DNA of 64,000 nucleotides from Gemmatimonadaceae bacterium. GTDB lineage: Bacteria > Gemmatimonadota > Gemmatimonadetes > Gemmatimonadales > Gemmatimonadaceae. Location of the stretch: positions 57,701 to 121,700 of the forward strand of contig JANLPE010000073.1 of assembly GCA_031366985.1 (NCBI GenBank), written 5' to 3'. Under the pieces are notes generated by a model. It was not told the DNA's origin. It did no database searches and saw only the letters and a list, made by a program, of their open reading frames with translations. The position numbers and the translations under genes were made by a program. How positions within the stretch are numbered: position 1 is the stretch's first letter; each line of letters begins with the position of its first letter. This document shows, one piece after another, positions 26,603 to 36,558 of the stretch.

Positions 26603-27973
26603 ATGCGAAAGATCTCTTCGGGGCTGTGCGCCGCCGTAATGGCCATAACGGCCGCCGCCCCGCTGCGCGCGCAGTCACCCGACGCCATTCCCGCGAAGTA
26701 CCGCGACATCGCCAACCGCATCATCGCGGCGGCGCAGGCCGACAGCGCCGGTGCGTGGAATCGAATCGCTGAGCTGACCGATCGTTTTGGGCATCGCTTG
26801 TCCGGTTCCATCGCGCTTGAACAGGCGATCGATTGGACGGCGGCGGCCATGACGCGCGATGGGCTCGCGAACGTGCGCAAGGAAAAGGTGTTGGTGCCGC
26901 ACTGGGTCCGCGGTGCTGAATCGTTGGAGCTGGTGGCACCGCGCCGACAGCAGCTGCCGATGCTCGGACTCGGCGGCAGCATCGCCACGCCGGTCGGCGG
27001 CATCACCGCCGAGGTGATGGTTGTCGCGAGCTTCGACGAGCTGACGCAGCGGTCGGCCGAAGCGAAAGGCAAGATCGTGCTGTATGACGCCGAGTGGCGC
27101 GACTACGGCTACAATGGCGCTTTTCGCCGCTTGGGCGCGATCGCTGCGGCGAAGGTGGGTGCCGTCGCGAGTCTTGCGCGAAGCGCGGGCCCGTACGGGA
27201 TGCGGACGCCGCATACCGGTAGCATGAGCTATGACTCGACGGTGACGAAGATTCCCCACGCGAGTGTCACTGCCGAAGACGCGATGATGATGCGACGCAT
27301 GATCGTCCGTGGCGAGAGGGTGCGTGTGACGCTCAACATGAATGCGCGCATGCTCCCGGACGCGCAAAGTCACAATGTCATGGGCGAACTGCGCGGTGGT
27401 GACAAGGCGAATGAGATTGTGGTCATGGGTGGCCACATCGACTCGTGGGATGTGGGGCAGGGCGCGATGGACGACGCCGGCGGTGTAGTCGTCGCGTGGG
27501 AAGCGCTCCGGCTTCTCAAGCAGCTCGGACTCACGCCGCGCCGCACGATTCGCGCGGTGGGGTGGACCAACGAAGAAAACGGCATGCGCGGGGGCAATGC
27601 GTATCGCGACGCGCATAAAGATGAGCCGCACCAGCTGGCGATCGAGAGCGATGGCGGCGTGTTCTCGCCGATTGGTTTCGGGTTCACTGGCTCGCCGGCT
27701 GCTCGCAAGCTCGTGGAGAGTATCGCGACGCTACTGGTGCCGATTGGGGCCAGCACGATCGGGCCGTCGGGCGGCGGCGCCGACATCGGCCCGATTATGG
27801 CGACGGGTGTGCCCGGCATGGGGCTCGACGTCGATGGCACGCGCTACTTCTGGTTTCACCATACGGACGCCGACACGCCGGATAAGCTCAATCCAGCCGA
27901 GGTGCAACGATGCGTCGCCGTGATGGCGATTATGGCCTACATCGCGGCCGACCTCGAGCAATCCCTGCGGTAA
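26603..27973 (+). CDS. M28 family metallopeptidase with PA domain (carboxypeptidase Q-like)
   Basis: Signal peptide; GHRLSGS, PHTG, GGHIDSWD, GAMDDAGG, NEENG, ESDGG, FHHTDAD. Confidence 0.92.
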   Translation: MRKISSGLCAAVMAITAAAPLRAQSPDAIPAKYRDIANRIIAAAQADSAGAWNRIAELTDRFGHRLSGSIALEQAIDWTAAAMTRDGLANVRKEKVLVPHWVRGAESLELVAPRRQQLPMLGLGGSIATPVGGITAEVMVVASFDELTQRSAEAKGKIVLYDAEWRDYGYNGAFRRLGAIAAAKVGAVASLARSAGPYGMRTPHTGSMSYDSTVTKIPHASVTAEDAMMMRRMIVRGERVRVTLNMNARMLPDAQSHNVMGELRGGDKANEIVVMGGHIDSWDVGQGAMDDAGGVVVAWEALRLLKQLGLTPRRTIRAVGWTNEENGMRGGNAYRDAHKDEPHQLAIESDGGVFSPIGFGFTGSPAARKLVESIATLLVPIGASTIGPSGGGADIGPIMATGVPGMGLDVDGTRYFWFHHTDADTPDKLNPAEVQRCVAVMAIMAYIAADLEQSLR

Positions 27974-28172
27974 CGTCGCTCTCCAGCGTCCGGAGTTTCG
28001 AATCGCAGGATGACTCTCCGCGAAAAAGAGGCAATTGATGGTGCTCAAGGCGCTCAGGTGCATGAGGTATTGTGCGGCGCTAACCAAGACGTCGAAACTG
28101 AGTGAGATTCAGCGCAGCTTCGATCGGTACTGAGATGTGCACCGACGCAGTTCCTTCTCTCTGGAGCATACG

Positions 28173-29219
28173 ATGTCTGTCCGTCACGTCTCGTTCGCCG
28201 CGCTACTGGCGCTACTGGCCGCGTGCGCCGCGCCGTTGGCGCCAGTCGCTAGCGCGCCGACCGCTCCGTCCTATGCAAAAATTGACCCGGGCTACACCGC
28301 CTACGTCGACGGCAGTGCGATAGACGCCGTGACCTTGCCCGTGGGGGGCGCCTATCTCGGTGGTGGCGGCACAGACATCGACGCCGGCATGGTCTGGCTG
28401 ATGGCGCAAGGCGGCACGCGCGCGCCGGGCAAGTATGGGGACGTGGTGGTGTTGCGCACGACGGGCACCGGCGCCTACAACCGATACCTGATCAATCTCG
28501 GGGCGAACTCCGTCACGACGATCGTCATCACGTCGATCATTGGCGCCAACAGCGTCTATGTGCAGGACGCGATCAGCAAGGCCGAGGCGATCTTCATCGC
28601 CGGCGGCGATCAGTCGACGTACGTGAAACTGTGGACTGGCACGTCGCTTGTTGCTGCGGTGAACAGTCGCGTGGCTGCTGGCTATCCGATCGGTGGCACC
28701 AGTGCGGGACTCGCCGTGCTCGGGTCGTACGTGTATTCCGCCCTCAACGTCTCGTCCGTATCGTCGGCCGTGATGGCTAACCCGTATGATCCGTCCGTGA
28801 CGCTGCAGACAGCGTTGTTCAATGTCCCCGTCCTGAACAACGTACTCACCGATTCGCACTTCAAAACGCGTGACCGCATGGGCCGCCTGCTGACGTTCAT
28901 GGCGCGATTGCAGCAGGACGGACTTGCGTTGTCGCCACTTGCGGTGGGCGTCGATGAACAGTCGGGGGTCGGCGTGTCGCTGAACAAGTCCGCGGTGGTT
29001 TTCGGCCCGGGTGCTGGGGCATACTTTCTCAATGTGACGAATACGACGATGCGCACCTGCGTGACCGCCACACCGCTCACGTACACGAACCTCGCAACGC
29101 AGCGTGTGTCGACGGGGCAGCCCTTCAATCTTGGCACGTGGTCCGGATCCTCGACCAACTACACGCTCTCCGTCAATGTCGGCGTGCTCTCCTCCTCCAC
29201 CACCGCATTCATTTACTGA
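28173..29219 (+). CDS. Cyanophycinase-like S51 peptidase, lipoprotein
   Basis: GGAG RBS + ATG 28173, lipobox LLAAC, GGDQS, GGTSAG, DSHFKTRDRMGRL, GVDEQ. Confidence 0.85.
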   Translation: MSVRHVSFAALLALLAACAAPLAPVASAPTAPSYAKIDPGYTAYVDGSAIDAVTLPVGGAYLGGGGTDIDAGMVWLMAQGGTRAPGKYGDVVVLRTTGTGAYNRYLINLGANSVTTIVITSIIGANSVYVQDAISKAEAIFIAGGDQSTYVKLWTGTSLVAAVNSRVAAGYPIGGTSAGLAVLGSYVYSALNVSSVSSAVMANPYDPSVTLQTALFNVPVLNNVLTDSHFKTRDRMGRLLTFMARLQQDGLALSPLAVGVDEQSGVGVSLNKSAVVFGPGAGAYFLNVTNTTMRTCVTATPLTYTNLATQRVSTGQPFNLGTWSGSSTNYTLSVNVGVLSSSTTAFIY

Positions 29220-29632
29220 TGCTGAGTAACCGTTCGATGCCGACACCGACGATGATCCCGGTGCTCGGCTACCCCGACGTCGGCGCGGCCGTCGCGTGGC
29301 TCGCGCGCGCGTTCGGATTCGTCGAGCGACTCCGCGTCGGCGATCATCGCGCCCAACTCACGCTGGGTGACGATGTCGCCGTTGTCGTCCGGACGCTGGA
29401 CAAGAAGGCGGCGGCGACGACGAGCAACCACGCATTGATGATTCGCGTGGCGGATGTCGATATCCATCACGCGCGCGCCAAGCAACTCGGCGCCATCGTA
29501 CTGCAGGGACCGACCGACTTTCCCTTCGGCGAGCGGCAATACACCGTCATCGATCCGGGCGGCCATCATTGGACGTTTTCCCAATCCATCGCCGACGTCG
29601 AGCCGGCGACGTGGGGAGGCGTGCTGCGTTGA
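29219..29632 (+). CDS. VOC (glyoxalase/bleomycin resistance) family protein
   Basis: TGATG overlap with the upstream stop; IPVLGY.DV..AVAW...AFGF, FPFGERQYTVIDPGGHHWTFSQ. Confidence 0.88.
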   Translation: MLSNRSMPTPTMIPVLGYPDVGAAVAWLARAFGFVERLRVGDHRAQLTLGDDVAVVVRTLDKKAAATTSNHALMIRVADVDIHHARAKQLGAIVLQGPTDFPFGERQYTVIDPGGHHWTFSQSIADVEPATWGGVLR

Positions 29633-29655
29633 TCGTCGATCACCAGAGTGCGTAA

Positions 29656-31485
29656 GTGACCGTGACACTGCTAAACCCGCGCGATCTCGAGTTTCAACTC
29701 TACGAGGTGTTGCGCGCCGAGTCGCTGACATCGCGCGAACGGTTCGCCGACCATTCGCGTGAAACGTTCGACGCAGTGATCAACACCGCGCGGGCCTTGG
29801 CCGAATCGCACTTCGCGCCGCATCATCGCGAAAGCGACGAGCAGGAACCGTTCATGCGTGACGGACGTGTCGTCACGCCGCCGGCGGTGAAGGCGGCGAT
29901 TACCGCGATGGCCGAGGCGGGCTTCATTTCCGCGACACACGACTACGACGTCGGCGGCATGCAATTGCCGCATGTGGTGGCGACGGCGGCGCTGCTTTGG
30001 TTCGACGCGGCGAACGTCGCAACGGCGTCGTACGCGATGCTGACGGCAGGCGTCGCCAACCTCGTCGCCGCATTTGGCACGGACGACCAACGCGCCCGGT
30101 ACCTCGAGCCACTGCTGACCGCGCGCTACTTCGGCACGATGGCATTAACTGAGCCGGACGCTGGATCCTCGCTGGCCGATCTGCGCACGAAAGCCGTCCC
30201 GGCAGGCGACGGCCATCCGTCGAATTCGTATCGCATCAGCGGCACGAAGATGTGGATCTCCGGCGGCGAGCACGAGATGTCGGAGAACATCGTGCACATG
30301 GTGCTGGCGCGCATCGAAGGAGCTCCAGCGGGCGTGCGTGGCATCTCGCTGATGCTCGTCCCCCGCTATCGCGCAGACGCACTTGGAACCAACATCGCGA
30401 ACGGTGTCGTGCTCGGTGGACTCATTCACAAGATGGGGTGGCGCGGCACGACCAGCACCATTCTTAATTTCGGCGAGCACGACGACTGCATCGGAGAACT
30501 GATCGGCGAGCCGCATCGCGGGCTCACGTACATGTTCCAAATGATGAACGAGGCCCGCATCGGCGTCGGTCGCGCCGGCACGGCGCTGACCTATGCGGCC
30601 TACCAACACGCGCGTGACTACGCGCGCACGCGGCGTCAGGGACGGTTGCCGGGCGAGAAAGACCCGGCGCGCGCACCGGTCGCCATCATCGAACATCCCG
30701 ATGTCCGGCGCATGCTGCTTGCGCAGAAAGCGATCGCCGAGGGCGCGCTGGCGCTGGTTCTCGAGTGCTCGCAGCTGGTCGATGACGAACAGACGGCGCC
30801 CGACGAGGCGACTCGTCGCGAGGCGGCCGCGCTGCTCGAGGTGCTGACGCCGATCGCCAAAGCCTGGCCGGGTGAGGCGGGGCAAGAGGCCATCTCGCTC
30901 GCCATGCAGACGCTCGGCGGCTACGGCTTCGCGCGTGAGTATCCAATCGAACAGCACTACCGCGATAATCGTCTCAATCCGATCCACGAAGGCACGAACG
31001 GCGTGCAGGCGCTCGATCTTCTTGGCCGGAAGGTGCGCCAGAACGACGGCGCCGGGTTCACGGCCTTCGTCGCTCGCATGCGCGTCGTCACCACGTCCGT
31101 CGCCACGTTCGTCGCCGCTGACGCGTCTATCGCGTCCATCGCATCGCTCGGCACCGAACTCGCCGACGCGATCGCGCGATTGGAGCGTGTCACCGCGACG
31201 CTCGTGACGATGCGTGCCGAACCCGCGCGGGTGCTCGCAAATGCGACGGCCTACCTCGATCTCGTCAGCCGCACCGTCATCGCGTGGCTGTGGCTGCGAC
31301 AGGCCACCGTCGCCGTACGCGCCCTGTCAGCGGGTGCGACCCGCGCAGACGAGGATTTCTATCGCGGAAAGCTGCAGGCGGCGCGCTATTGGTTCGGCTG
31401 GGAGTTGCCGCGGACCGTGCAACTCGCTGCATTGCTGGAGCGCGCGGACGCGACACCGTTCGAGATGCAGTCCAACTGGTTCTGA
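29656..31485 (+). CDS. Acyl-CoA dehydrogenase (~600-aa type)
   Basis: GTMALTEPDAGSSL, GTKMWISGG, KMGWRG, MFQMMNEARIGVG, QTLGGYG, IHEGTNGVQALDLLGRK. Confidence 0.93.
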   Translation: MTVTLLNPRDLEFQLYEVLRAESLTSRERFADHSRETFDAVINTARALAESHFAPHHRESDEQEPFMRDGRVVTPPAVKAAITAMAEAGFISATHDYDVGGMQLPHVVATAALLWFDAANVATASYAMLTAGVANLVAAFGTDDQRARYLEPLLTARYFGTMALTEPDAGSSLADLRTKAVPAGDGHPSNSYRISGTKMWISGGEHEMSENIVHMVLARIEGAPAGVRGISLMLVPRYRADALGTNIANGVVLGGLIHKMGWRGTTSTILNFGEHDDCIGELIGEPHRGLTYMFQMMNEARIGVGRAGTALTYAAYQHARDYARTRRQGRLPGEKDPARAPVAIIEHPDVRRMLLAQKAIAEGALALVLECSQLVDDEQTAPDEATRREAAALLEVLTPIAKAWPGEAGQEAISLAMQTLGGYGFAREYPIEQHYRDNRLNPIHEGTNGVQALDLLGRKVRQNDGAGFTAFVARMRVVTTSVATFVAADASIASIASLGTELADAIARLERVTATLVTMRAEPARVLANATAYLDLVSRTVIAWLWLRQATVAVRALSAGATRADEDFYRGKLQAARYWFGWELPRTVQLAALLERADATPFEMQSNWF

Positions 31486-31493
31486 GGAAACCG

Positions 31494-32102
31494 ATGACCG
31501 ACGTGATCCATGTCCGCGAAGCGACTGACCACGATGCTGCGGCCATCGCGGCGATCTACGCGTACTACGTGAGCGAGACCATCGTCACTTTCGAAGAAGA
31601 GGTGATCGCAGACGCCGACATGGTGACGCGCATCGCCGACGTGCAGGGCGCGGGTTTACCCTGGATTGTCGCCGAACTCGATGACGCCGTGGTTGGCTAC
31701 GCATACGCGACCAAGTGGCGGGCGCGACACGGTTATCGGTTCTCTGTCGAAACGACGGTCTATGTCGCGAACGGCCTGCGCGGACGCGGTATCGGATCCG
31801 CGCTGTACTGCGCGCTGCTGCCAATGCTCGTCGATCGCGGATACCACGCGGCAATGGGCGGCATCGCCCTGCCGAACGACGCGAGCATCGTGCTGCACGA
31901 GAAGTTTGGCTTCTCGCAGGTCGCGCATTTCCGCGAGACGGGGATGAAGTTCGATCGATGGATCGACACGGGATACTGGGAGAAGATCCTGCGTGCCAAT
32001 GACGATTCCGCGCGTGCCGACAACCATTTCAGCACGGAACGCGTCACTCGAGGCGTAAAGTCTGTCCGACCGCGCGTTCCGGATAAATCGGACCGTTATT
32101 GA
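31494..32102 (+). CDS. GNAT N-acetyltransferase, phosphinothricin/arsinothricin (Pat/ArsN1)-like
   Basis: VTFEEE, LPWIVAE, GYAYATKWRAR..YRFSVETTVY, GRGIGSALY, IALPNDASIVLHEKFGF, KFDRWIDTGYW. Confidence 0.85.
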   Translation: MTDVIHVREATDHDAAAIAAIYAYYVSETIVTFEEEVIADADMVTRIADVQGAGLPWIVAELDDAVVGYAYATKWRARHGYRFSVETTVYVANGLRGRGIGSALYCALLPMLVDRGYHAAMGGIALPNDASIVLHEKFGFSQVAHFRETGMKFDRWIDTGYWEKILRANDDSARADNHFSTERVTRGVKSVRPRVPDKSDRY

Positions 32103-32244
32103 CAGAAGGTTCAATTAGCCCGAAGCTTGGCCTGTGCACCGCGAGGAGTGATCACGATGACCGGTCACCTCGCCCGGCGCGCGATGGATCGCGTACCTAC
32201 CCTCCCGTGGTTCCGCGACGTGACATCATGCTTTCCTGAGGAGG

Positions 32245-35157
32245 TTGCTGATGCGTGTTTGTCGTCGCATTTCGGTCGCCAGAATGTACGCGGGACTGAC
32301 GGCGCTACTGTTGGCGGTCTCGAGTACCATGTTGCCGTCGATGGCGGCCGCCCAAGCTGGCACGGGAACCATCCGTGGTACTGTCACCAACAACGTCAAC
32401 GGCGCTCCGCTCGCCAACGCGCAGATTCAGCTGGTTGGATCCACGAACGGAGCGATCACGAACGCCTCCGGGGCGTTCACGATGCAGGGCGTCGCCGCTG
32501 GTTCGCAGACGGTGCGTGCGCGATTGATCGGGTATCAGCCGCTCGACAAAATCCTGGTGGTGACGGCCGGCGCATCGGTGAACGTGTCCATCGGCCTGAC
32601 GGTCAGCGCGGTGTCCTTGGACGAGGTGATCATCACTGGCACGGGCGGCTCAGCGCGTAAGCGTGAAGTGGGCAACTCCATCGGGCAGATCAAGGTTGCT
32701 GACCTCCCGGAAGTCCCGACGAACCTCTCGCAGATGCTCTCCGGTCGGCTCGCCGGCGTGACCGTCTCCGGCGGTGTCGGCAATGCCGGCGCTGGATCGG
32801 CGATTCGGTTGCGTGGGACGACCAGTGTCTCGCTTACCAATCAGCCGCTGATCTTCATTGATGGCGTCAGAACGCGCAGCGACGAGTATCCGCGCAACGG
32901 CATCTTTACCGGCACAACGCAGCGCGGTGCGAACTCGTACGCGAGTCCGCTCAATGACATCAACCCCGACGACATCGATCGCATCGAAGTGGTGAAGGGT
33001 GCCGCGGCCGCAACGCTATACGGCACCGATGCTGCCGCCGGCGTCATTCAGATCTTCACCAAGCGCGGCAGCAACGGCGCCGCGAAGTGGCAGGTCCGAA
33101 TTAATAGTGGCGTGAGCAGCCTGCAGAAGTTCGGCACGGACTCGGTACCGCTCCTTTATATGGATCCGTTCCTGCGCAATTCAGGCGGCAGTGCCGTTCC
33201 CGGGCTCAACAACTATGCGGCGCGCTACGGGACGGCCGTGCAGGTCTCTGGCGGTACCGGCGACAACCTCAAGTATCTGCTGTCGACGAGCGTCGACAAC
33301 ACCGATGGTGTGCTGCCCAACGATCGGGACCGGAAGTATCAGATGCGCGCCAACCTCGACTTCCAGCCAACCAAAAAGCTGGCGGTGAACTGGAGCAGCG
33401 CGTACACCAACAACCTGATCAACGGCACGCCCGCGGGAAACAACGCGCAGGGCCTGACGTTGAACGCGTACCGACGGGACCGCAATTACTTTGGCACCGC
33501 CAATCCCGACACCATTCGGCAGGTGTTGCAGCAACAGCTGGCGACGACGATCGATCGCTTGATTATGGGTGTCACCGGTACGCTGACGCCGTTCGCGCGT
33601 TTTTCCAGCCGCCTCACGGTGGGACTCGATCGCGCGGCACTCGAGAATCGCAACGTGCGACCCTACGGATTCCCCGCCGCGCCACTCGGCGTGATCCAGA
33701 ATCAGCGCTGGGCCAACACGACGCTGAGCGTCGACTGGGCCAACAACTACGAGTTCGAACCACTGAAAGACTTCCGCGTCACGACCTCGGTCGGCACGCA
33801 GTATATCAACTCGTTGGTCGGTGATGTGGTGGCACTGTCGGAGAATTTTGCCACGCCGTCCGAGCCAACCGTCTCCAGCGGTGCGATCAAGAATGCCGAC
33901 GAAAATCGTCAGCGCGTGATCACCGGTGGCGCGTTTACGACGGCGCTGATGGGTTATCGCAATCGCTACTTCCTCACGGTGGGCGGAAGACTGGATGGCA
34001 ACAGCGCCTTTGGTAAGAATTTCGGACTCCAGTGGTATCCCAAGGTGTCCGGGTCGTGGGTCATCTCGGAAGAATCGTTCTGGAAGGAATCGATGGGCAC
34101 GCTCAAGTTGCGTGGCGCATTCGGTTCGGCGGGGCGCGCGCCGGGTGCATTCGCGGCAGTGCGGACCTACAACCAAGTCGGCTGGGGTGCGGCGACCGCC
34201 GTACGCCCAAACAACGTTGGCAATCCGAACCTCGGCCCTGAGCGCACGACAGAAACCGAGCTCGGTTTTGACCAGAATATCTTCGGCGGCAGGACGTCGA
34301 TCGACTTCACGTACTTCAGGGCGAGAACGACGGACGCACTCTTCAGCGTGCGCTCGGTGCCAAGCCTCGGGTTCCTCAACAACACGCTGAACAACGTCGG
34401 CCAGATGCGTAAATCCGGTATCGAAGTCGCGATCAATCAACAGCTGATCAATCGCGAGTCGTTCGGCGTGAACGCCGGCCTCAATGTCAGCACCAACAAC
34501 AGCGTGGTGGAGAGCCTCGGTGGGGCGCCCTCATTCAGCGTCGGAAACTCCGGCTGGGTCGTGGCAGGCAAGCCTGCGCCGGTCGTGCGCGGGAAGATCA
34601 TTCGCAACGCCAACGAGCGCGGCGTCGCTCCCGATACGGCGTCAAACTATGACTTTGGCCCCAGTCAGCCGACACGCATCATCGGTGGCAATATCAACAT
34701 CCGCGGCTGGAAGAACATCAGTCTCTCCGCTCGGGTCGAGTATCAAGGCGGCGCCTACATTGAAGAGGGCGCGTCGTTCAACGCGTTGTCGCGCTCGGTC
34801 CTCTGGCCGACGTGCTTCGATGCGTACGCGAACATTGCCGCGAGCAAGCCGATCACGGCGCGCGAGACACTGACCTGCATTCCGGCCAATGTGCGGTCGG
34901 ACATGTTCATCTTCAAGGCCGATTTCTTCAAAGTCCGCGATATCAGTCTGACGGTGCCCCTCGGTCGGCTCATCCCGCGCTCGGCAGGCAGCACGTTCGT
35001 GTTCTCTGCACAGAACATTTTCCGACACAATTTCGGCATGCCGCTGTTTGATCCCGAGATGACGAACAACGACTCGTTCAATGCCACGGTGCGCGGCATC
35101 AACGAGCAGATCCCGGCGCCCGCCGTGTTCTTGGCATCCATCCGCATCACCTACTGA
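32245..35157 (+). CDS. SusC/RagA-type TonB-dependent receptor
   Basis: N-terminal carboxypeptidase-regulatory-like domain; plug QPLIFIDGVR...DINPDDIDRIEVVKGAAAATLYGTDAAAGVIQIFTKRG; GNPNLGPERTTETELG. Confidence 0.93.
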   Translation: MLMRVCRRISVARMYAGLTALLLAVSSTMLPSMAAAQAGTGTIRGTVTNNVNGAPLANAQIQLVGSTNGAITNASGAFTMQGVAAGSQTVRARLIGYQPLDKILVVTAGASVNVSIGLTVSAVSLDEVIITGTGGSARKREVGNSIGQIKVADLPEVPTNLSQMLSGRLAGVTVSGGVGNAGAGSAIRLRGTTSVSLTNQPLIFIDGVRTRSDEYPRNGIFTGTTQRGANSYASPLNDINPDDIDRIEVVKGAAAATLYGTDAAAGVIQIFTKRGSNGAAKWQVRINSGVSSLQKFGTDSVPLLYMDPFLRNSGGSAVPGLNNYAARYGTAVQVSGGTGDNLKYLLSTSVDNTDGVLPNDRDRKYQMRANLDFQPTKKLAVNWSSAYTNNLINGTPAGNNAQGLTLNAYRRDRNYFGTANPDTIRQVLQQQLATTIDRLIMGVTGTLTPFARFSSRLTVGLDRAALENRNVRPYGFPAAPLGVIQNQRWANTTLSVDWANNYEFEPLKDFRVTTSVGTQYINSLVGDVVALSENFATPSEPTVSSGAIKNADENRQRVITGGAFTTALMGYRNRYFLTVGGRLDGNSAFGKNFGLQWYPKVSGSWVISEESFWKESMGTLKLRGAFGSAGRAPGAFAAVRTYNQVGWGAATAVRPNNVGNPNLGPERTTETELGFDQNIFGGRTSIDFTYFRARTTDALFSVRSVPSLGFLNNTLNNVGQMRKSGIEVAINQQLINRESFGVNAGLNVSTNNSVVESLGGAPSFSVGNSGWVVAGKPAPVVRGKIIRNANERGVAPDTASNYDFGPSQPTRIIGGNINIRGWKNISLSARVEYQGGAYIEEGASFNALSRSVLWPTCFDAYANIAASKPITARETLTCIPANVRSDMFIFKADFFKVRDISLTVPLGRLIPRSAGSTFVFSAQNIFRHNFGMPLFDPEMTNNDSFNATVRGINEQIPAPAVFLASIRITY

Positions 35158-35168
35158 GGAATACGCCA

Positions 35169-36452
35169 ATGATGACGACGATTTCCTCTCGCGCATTCCG
35201 ACCCGTGGTGCGCGGCATTCGGCTCACTGCAACGGCAACGTGCCTCGCGGCGCTCGCCTCGTGCGCGCTGGACGCCACCAACCCCGGACCAATTCAGGCG
35301 GATGCCCTGAACGCGCCGAGTGCACTCGGTTCTATTGTCTCCGGATCCGGGCGCGATCTGGCCGAAGCGCTGAATTGGACCGCCTATACCGGTGGTGCTG
35401 TGGCCCGAGAGATATTCCCCGGTGGTTCATCGGGGGCGTTCGGTATTTCTGTGCAACAGCAGAACGGCCGGCTAACAGACGACGACGGCGGTACCTGGTG
35501 GGATTTTTCCCAACGTGCCCGTTGGACGGCCGAAGATGCGGTGGCGCGTGCGAAGGTCGCACTTGGCACGGCCGCGGCGACCAGCAGTGTGAACGCGCAA
35601 GCGTTGATCTGGGCCGGATACGCGAACCGACACCTCGGTGAGAACTTCTGCGAAGGGGTAATCAACGGCGGCGCCCCTGGACCGTCGACGATCTATTTCG
35701 AACGCGCCGAGAACAACTTCACTGAAGCAATTAGCGTGGCGACGGCTGCGAACAACACCACGCTGGCGCAAGCCGCGACGGCGGGGCGAGCCGCTGTCCG
35801 GTTGGCACGCAACAACCTGTCGGGGGCGGTCACGGATGCCGCCGCGATACCGAGCACCTTCGTGTATCGGATGCCGTATTACCAGAACGAACTGGATCAG
35901 TACAATCGCATTTTCTGGGCGAGCGCGAATCAGCCGTATCGCGCGCACACGATCTGGAACACGACGTACGAAACCATTCGCAAGGCCACGCGTGATCCGC
36001 GCATTCCGTTCGACAGCAGTGCGACGGTGCTCGTTGGCGACGCGGCCGTCGGTACGCTGGGCCGCGTGCGGTGGTATTTCCAGACCAAATATCCGGTGCT
36101 GACGTCGGCGATCAACCTGTCCTCGGGTTGGGAGATGCGACTGATCGAGGCCGAGGCCAAGCTGGTGGCGAACGATGTTGGTGGAGCTCTGACACTGATC
36201 AACGGCCGTCGGACAGCGCTGGCGCTGCCCGCGGCCACCGCGGCCGATATCAATGACGCATGGACGCTGCTCAAGCGCGAGCGCGGCATTGAGCTCTGGC
36301 TGGAAGGGCGTCGTCTTGGCGATCTGCGTCGGTGGGCTGCCCTCAGCCGCCCAGGCGTGTACGATGCGAAGGAGGAGCTGCCGGGGCGCAGCCTCTGCTT
36401 CGTGACTCCACTGTCGGAGAAGCAGACGAATCCGAACTTCCTGAAGCCCTGA
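35169..36452 (+). CDS. SusD/RagB-like lipoprotein
   Basis: Lipobox ALASC; EMRLIEAEA, ERGIELWLEGRRLGDLRRW; directly follows the SusC-like gene. Confidence 0.88.
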   Translation: MMTTISSRAFRPVVRGIRLTATATCLAALASCALDATNPGPIQADALNAPSALGSIVSGSGRDLAEALNWTAYTGGAVAREIFPGGSSGAFGISVQQQNGRLTDDDGGTWWDFSQRARWTAEDAVARAKVALGTAAATSSVNAQALIWAGYANRHLGENFCEGVINGGAPGPSTIYFERAENNFTEAISVATAANNTTLAQAATAGRAAVRLARNNLSGAVTDAAAIPSTFVYRMPYYQNELDQYNRIFWASANQPYRAHTIWNTTYETIRKATRDPRIPFDSSATVLVGDAAVGTLGRVRWYFQTKYPVLTSAINLSSGWEMRLIEAEAKLVANDVGGALTLINGRRTALALPAATAADINDAWTLLKRERGIELWLEGRRLGDLRRWAALSRPGVYDAKEELPGRSLCFVTPLSEKQTNPNFLKP

Positions 36453-36483
36453 GCTTCAGGTCGGCGCACAGTTGACGGACAAT

Positions 36484-36521
36484 ACAAAGGCCTGCCGATC
36501 AGATGATCGGCAGGCCTTTGT
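36484..36521. terminator. Probable bidirectional intrinsic terminator
   Basis: Perfect 17-bp stem ACAAAGGCCTGCCGATC-AGAT-GATCGGCAGGCCTTTGT between convergent genes. Confidence 0.85.
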
Positions 36522-36558
36522 GCATATCAGTGCGGATGCGCGGCGGGGCGAGTGAATC

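Noticed and set aside
27974-28172. Possible glycine riboswitch (CTCAGG, CTCTGGAG fragments) upstream of the cyanophycinase-like gene
   Set aside because: I could not build the aptamer stems or find the conserved GGAGA/CCGAAG core; an Rfam/Infernal scan would settle it
32128-32143. GG-N10-GC sigma54-like spacing upstream of the SusC-like gene
   Set aside because: Poor match to TGGCAC-N5-TTGC; expected by chance at this GC content
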